A DNA stretch of 62,114 bases from the NCBI GenBank assembly GCA_963929955.1, contig CAWVKQ010000074.1, forward strand, positions 1-62,114. Direction: 5' to 3'. A model generated the notes under the pieces. It saw nothing but the letters and a program-made list of their open reading frames with translations, searched no databases and was not told the DNA's origin. The position numbers and the translations under genes were made by a program. Positions 58,621 through 62,114 of the stretch are shown piece by piece (position 1 is the first letter of the stretch; every line of letters begins with the position of its first letter). This DNA comes from Bacillota bacterium. Its GTDB lineage: Bacteria > Bacillota > Clostridia > Peptostreptococcales > Anaerovoracaceae.

Positions 58621-58884
58621 TCATACGCCGGTTTTGTTTATGTGCAGGTACTTTTCTCTGGTAGCGAGACCGCCTCTGATGTGTCTCTCGGCTTTGTTGT
58701 TTTCAAGGACTTCCTTGACCTGAGCCGCAAGTCCGGGATTTATTTCCTGGAGCCTTTCCGTGATATCCTTGTGTACGGTAGATTTTGAAACTCTGAATCT
58801 GGCCGCAGTGCCGCGTACCGTAGAGCCGGTCTCGATTATATAGCGGGCCAGCTCCAGCACCCGTTCCTCTATGTAATCTTTCAT
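58621..58884 (-). CDS. spoIIID: Sporulation transcription factor SpoIIID
   Basis: YIEERVL...TVR..A..F.VSKSTVHKDITERL...NKAERHIRGG.AT..KY. Confidence 0.96.
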   Translation of the reverse strand: MKDYIEERVLELARYIIETGSTVRGTAARFRVSKSTVHKDITERLQEINPGLAAQVKEVLENNKAERHIRGGLATREKYLHINKTGV

Positions 58885-58934
58885 AATACTGACAGTTCAC
58901 CACCTCATAATTTATTAACTTTAGCAGTCAAAAC

Positions 58935-58963
58935 AATATATGTAACGGTTTTGAATAATATAC
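58935..58963 (-). promoter_or_regulatory. Sigma-E-type promoter of spoIIID
   Basis: Minus strand GTATATT-N14-CATATATT; spoIIID is a known sigma-E target. Confidence 0.6.
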
Positions 58964-59066
58964 TCATTTTGGATTTTCGGTGTAAATTTTATTATGTGTG
59001 GTAAAACTAATGTATAACTGATAAAATGAAGGGAGTGGCGATGACATCCCATCGCTGACATGACAT

Positions 59067-60089
59067 ATGAATTTTTCGGAAGAGGTAGGAATAGATCTGG
59101 GTACGGCCAATGTTCTCATATATGTGGAGGGCAAGGGCATAGTTTTACAGGAGCCCTCCGTGGTGGCGGTGAACAGGGACACGAGAGAGATACTGGCTAT
59201 AGGAGATGAAGCCAGAAGGATGATAGGGAGGACGCCGGGCAATATTGAAGCGGTGAGGCCTCTGCGCGGCGGAGTGATATCGGATTACGACGTAACGGAA
59301 AGGATGCTCCAGTATTTTATAAGGAAAACATGCGGAGGAAGCAGGATATTCAAACCGCGGCTCATAGTCTGCGTTCCAAGCGGTGTGACCGACGTGGAGA
59401 AGCGCGCTGTAAAGGAAGCGGCCATACAGGCGGGAGGCAGAGCCGTATACCTCATAGAGGAGCCTGTGGCGGCAGCCATAGGAGCAGGTATAGACATATC
59501 GGGCCCGGAAGGTATCATGATCATAGATATAGGCGGAGGAACGACGGACATAGCGGTAATATCCATGGGCGGTATAGTGACGAGCTCTTCGGTGAAGATA
59601 GCGGGAGACAAGTTCGACGAGTGTATAGTAAGGCATATAAGGAAGGAGCATCGCCTTTTCATAGGCGACCGGATGGCGGAGAACCTCAAACGGGAAGTCG
59701 GCGCGGCATGCAGCGGCGAGAAGAGCCTTAAAACCACATGCAGGGGAAGGGATCTTGTCACAGGCCTGCCAAGGACCGTGGAAATATGCTCGGATGAGAT
59801 AATGACAGCTCTTGAGGAGCCGCTTGACATAATATGCGAGGCTGTGCATAGCGTGCTGGAAAAAACTCCTCCGGAGCTGGCCGCCGACGTGGGAGAGAAC
59901 GGTATCGTCATAACGGGAGGAGGAGCATACCTCAGGGGACTCGACAGAAGGATAGAGGAGAGAACGGGGATAAGGACACGCATAGCAGACGAGGCTGACT
60001 TCTGCGTGGCAAAGGGAACGGGAGAGTCCCTTCAGTATATGGATGTTATAAGCAGAAACAGTCTGAACAGGAGAGAAACATATATATGA
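59067..60089 (+). CDS. mbl: MreB-like rod shape-determining protein
   Basis: GIDLGTAN, EPSVVA, DIGGGTTD and GIVITGGGA motifs; adjacent to spoIIID. Confidence 0.85.
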   Translation: MNFSEEVGIDLGTANVLIYVEGKGIVLQEPSVVAVNRDTREILAIGDEARRMIGRTPGNIEAVRPLRGGVISDYDVTERMLQYFIRKTCGGSRIFKPRLIVCVPSGVTDVEKRAVKEAAIQAGGRAVYLIEEPVAAAIGAGIDISGPEGIMIIDIGGGTTDIAVISMGGIVTSSSVKIAGDKFDECIVRHIRKEHRLFIGDRMAENLKREVGAACSGEKSLKTTCRGRDLVTGLPRTVEICSDEIMTALEEPLDIICEAVHSVLEKTPPELAADVGENGIVITGGGAYLRGLDRRIEERTGIRTRIADEADFCVAKGTGESLQYMDVISRNSLNRRETYI

Positions 60090-61216
60090 AGACAGAACTC
60101 ATAGCAACGGCAACGTTCGGTCTTGAGGCTGTAGTGAAGAGAGAGGTGCAGTCTCTGGGATACAGGATAGTGAAGACAGAGGACGGCAAGGTCACATACA
60201 CAGGCGATGAAAGGGCCATCGTCAGATCAAATCTGTGGCTCAGAAGCGCTGACAGGGTCCTGCTTAAAATGGCGGAATTCAGCGCAGAGACATTTGAAGA
60301 GCTTTTTCAGCAGACGAAGGCGCTTTCATGGGAGCAGCTCATTCCCATAGACGGTGAATTCACGGTGACATGCACCTCTGTAAAATCAAAGCTTCACAGC
60401 GAACCGGCGTGCCAGAGCATAGTGAAAAAGGCCATAGTGGAAAAGCTCAGGGAGTTTTATGATGTTGAAGCGTTCAGGGAGACAGGAGCCAGTTATACCG
60501 TAAAGGCGACCATATTAAAGGACCGGGTGACGCTTACGGTGGACACCAGCGGAACAGGTCTCCATAAAAGAGGATACAGAACCGAGGACGTCGCGGCGCC
60601 CATGAAGGAGACGCTGGCAGCGGGGCTTGTACAGCTTTCCTTCTGGAAAGAGGGAAGAGTTCTGGCAGATCCGTGCTGCGGATCGGGAACCATACCAATA
60701 GAGGCAGCCATGATAGGAAGAAACATAGCTCCCGGGCTGGGGCGGGGATTTGCCTCGGAGGGCTGGGAACTCATAGATGAAAAAACCTGGAAGGAGGAGA
60801 GGGCGAGAGCCTTCAGGCAGATAAAGTACGACAGCCCCCTTTACATATACGGATCGGATATAAGCGGCAGAGCGGTGAGCGCTGCCAGAAGAAACGCTGA
60901 GGAAGCGGGAGTGGACGACTGCATATCCTTCAGCCGCGCTGATGTGAGGGACTTTAAAGGAGAAGGGGAAAACGGCATAATAATAACAAATCCTCCCTAC
61001 GGTGAAAGGATAGGTGATGAAAAGGCGATAAGGATCATATATGATGCTCTGGGGGATTTCTGCCGGAAAAATCCATGCTGGTCGCTGTTTGTCATAACAA
61101 CCGATGAAAACGCGGAAGAGGCTATAATGGGAAGAAAGGCCGACAGAAGGCGAAAGCTGTATAACGGAAGACTGAAGACATGCTACTATCAGTTCCACGG
61201 ACAAAAGCTGTTGTAA
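60086..61216 (+). CDS. THUMP-domain rRNA methyltransferase (YpsC/RlmL-like)
   Basis: FGLEAVV, LHKRGYR, APMKETLAA, DPCCGSGTIPIEAA and NPPYGER motifs. Confidence 0.9.
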   Translation: MKTELIATATFGLEAVVKREVQSLGYRIVKTEDGKVTYTGDERAIVRSNLWLRSADRVLLKMAEFSAETFEELFQQTKALSWEQLIPIDGEFTVTCTSVKSKLHSEPACQSIVKKAIVEKLREFYDVEAFRETGASYTVKATILKDRVTLTVDTSGTGLHKRGYRTEDVAAPMKETLAAGLVQLSFWKEGRVLADPCCGSGTIPIEAAMIGRNIAPGLGRGFASEGWELIDEKTWKEERARAFRQIKYDSPLYIYGSDISGRAVSAARRNAEEAGVDDCISFSRADVRDFKGEGENGIIITNPPYGERIGDEKAIRIIYDALGDFCRKNPCWSLFVITTDENAEEAIMGRKADRRRKLYNGRLKTCYYQFHGQKLL

Positions 61217-61252
61217 AGGATCGATGTTGTAAAAGTAAAAGGAGAAATGAAG

Positions 61253-62114
61253 ATGGCAGTTAATTTAAAGGGAAGAAGCTTTTTGACGCTTATGGATTTT
61301 ACGCCTGAGGAGATAAGGTATCTGCTGGATCTGGCTCATGACCTCAAGGCAAAGAAGAGAGCGGGGATAAGTGACCAGGTTCTCAAAGGCAAGAATATAG
61401 TCCTTCTTTTTGAGAAGACGTCCACCAGGACAAGGTGCTCCTTTGAGGTGGCCTGTCTTGACGAAGGAGCGCACGTAACATTTCTGGATTCCAAGAGCTC
61501 TCAGGTGGGGAAGAAGGAGAGCCTCGAGGATTCGGCCAGAGTGCTGGGACGCTTTTTCGACGGTATAGAATACAGAGGTTATCAGCAGTCTGTTGTGGAA
61601 GACCTTGCCAGGTTTTCCGGAGTACCTGTATGGAACGGACTTACGGATGTGGATCACCCCACTCAGATACTGGCTGACATGATGACCATCGAAGAGCATG
61701 TGAACAAGCCGCTTGGGAAAGTGAAAGTGGTGTTCTGCGGAGACATAAGAAACAACATGAGCTACGCTTGGATGTACGGTTGCGCCAAAATGGGCATGAG
61801 CTTTGCCGCATACGGACCTGACCGGCTGGCTGAGGAAATAGACAGCCATGTGCTCAAAAGAGTCATGGAGGTCGCGGAGCAGACAGGCGCCCATATAGAG
61901 ATATCGTCTTCGGATGAATGTCTGAAGGGCGCTGACGTCATATATACGGACGTGTGGGCATCCATGGGAGAAGAAGCGGAGATACCGGAGAGAGTAAAGC
62001 TCCTGTCGCCTTACAAGGTGACGACGGAGCTTCTCGAAAAAACAGAAAATCCTGACGTGATATTCATGCACTGCCTGCCGGCGTTCCATGATTTTGAAAC
62101 TGAAATGGCAAGGA
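61253..62114 (+). CDS. argF: Ornithine carbamoyltransferase (runs off the window end)
   Basis: Read by hand: MAVNLKGRSFLTL...FEKTSTRTR...NGLTD.DHPTQ...DVWASMG...MHCLPAFH; no stop before the end, so absent from the ORF track. Confidence 0.93.
   Translation, partial: MAVNLKGRSFLTLMDFTPEEIRYLLDLAHDLKAKKRAGISDQVLKGKNIVLLFEKTSTRTRCSFEVACLDEGAHVTFLDSKSSQVGKKESLEDSARVLGRFFDGIEYRGYQQSVVEDLARFSGVPVWNGLTDVDHPTQILADMMTIEEHVNKPLGKVKVVFCGDIRNNMSYAWMYGCAKMGMSFAAYGPDRLAEEIDSHVLKRVMEVAEQTGAHIEISSSDECLKGADVIYTDVWASMGEEAEIPERVKLLSPYKVTTELLEKTENPDVIFMHCLPAFHDFETEMAR

Noticed and set aside
1-62114. CRISPR array, transposase, integrase or prophage
   Set aside because: No regularly spaced direct repeats or mobile-element proteins were seen.

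Overview
A 62-kb chromosomal window from a spore-forming anaerobic Firmicute (Clostridia-like; spoIIID, pdaA and sigma-E/sigma-K-type promoters are present). The housekeeping backbone runs rimP-nusA-ylxR-ylxQ-infB-rbfA-DHH-truB-ribF, tRNA-Pro(CGG), dsdA, carAB, a sufC/sufB-like pair, exoA, ung, azlCD, typA, mscS, pyc, spoIIID, mbl, a THUMP methyltransferase and a truncated argF. I saw no CRISPR array, integrase or transposase. Two accessory catabolic modules stand out. (1) 18.4-29.6 kb: a Vor-type 2-oxoacid:ferredoxin oxidoreductase operon, two ornithine-cyclodeaminase/mu-crystallin paralogs, an XRE regulator, an acyl-CoA transferase frameshifted in a G7 tract and two tandem brnQ genes. Four promoters here carry the same YGAAA-N16-TTTCR inverted repeat ending exactly 20 bp upstream of the -35, which suggests an XRE-activated oxidative amino-acid (Stickland-type) regulon using mu-crystallin enzymes rather than an aminotransferase. 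(2) 44.6-51.3 kb: an enolase paralog with a rebuilt active site, a LarA-like/DUF2088 protein, a frameshifted YfcC transporter, RpiR and a glycerate 2-kinase-type enzyme, with two near-duplicate promoters each carrying a CodY-like box. Other oddities: a cysteine-free MoaA-like protein paired with a catalytically degenerate Fic protein, and an 18-Cys 79-aa protein behind a sigma-K-type promoter. All family calls come from motif recognition by eye; no searches were run.
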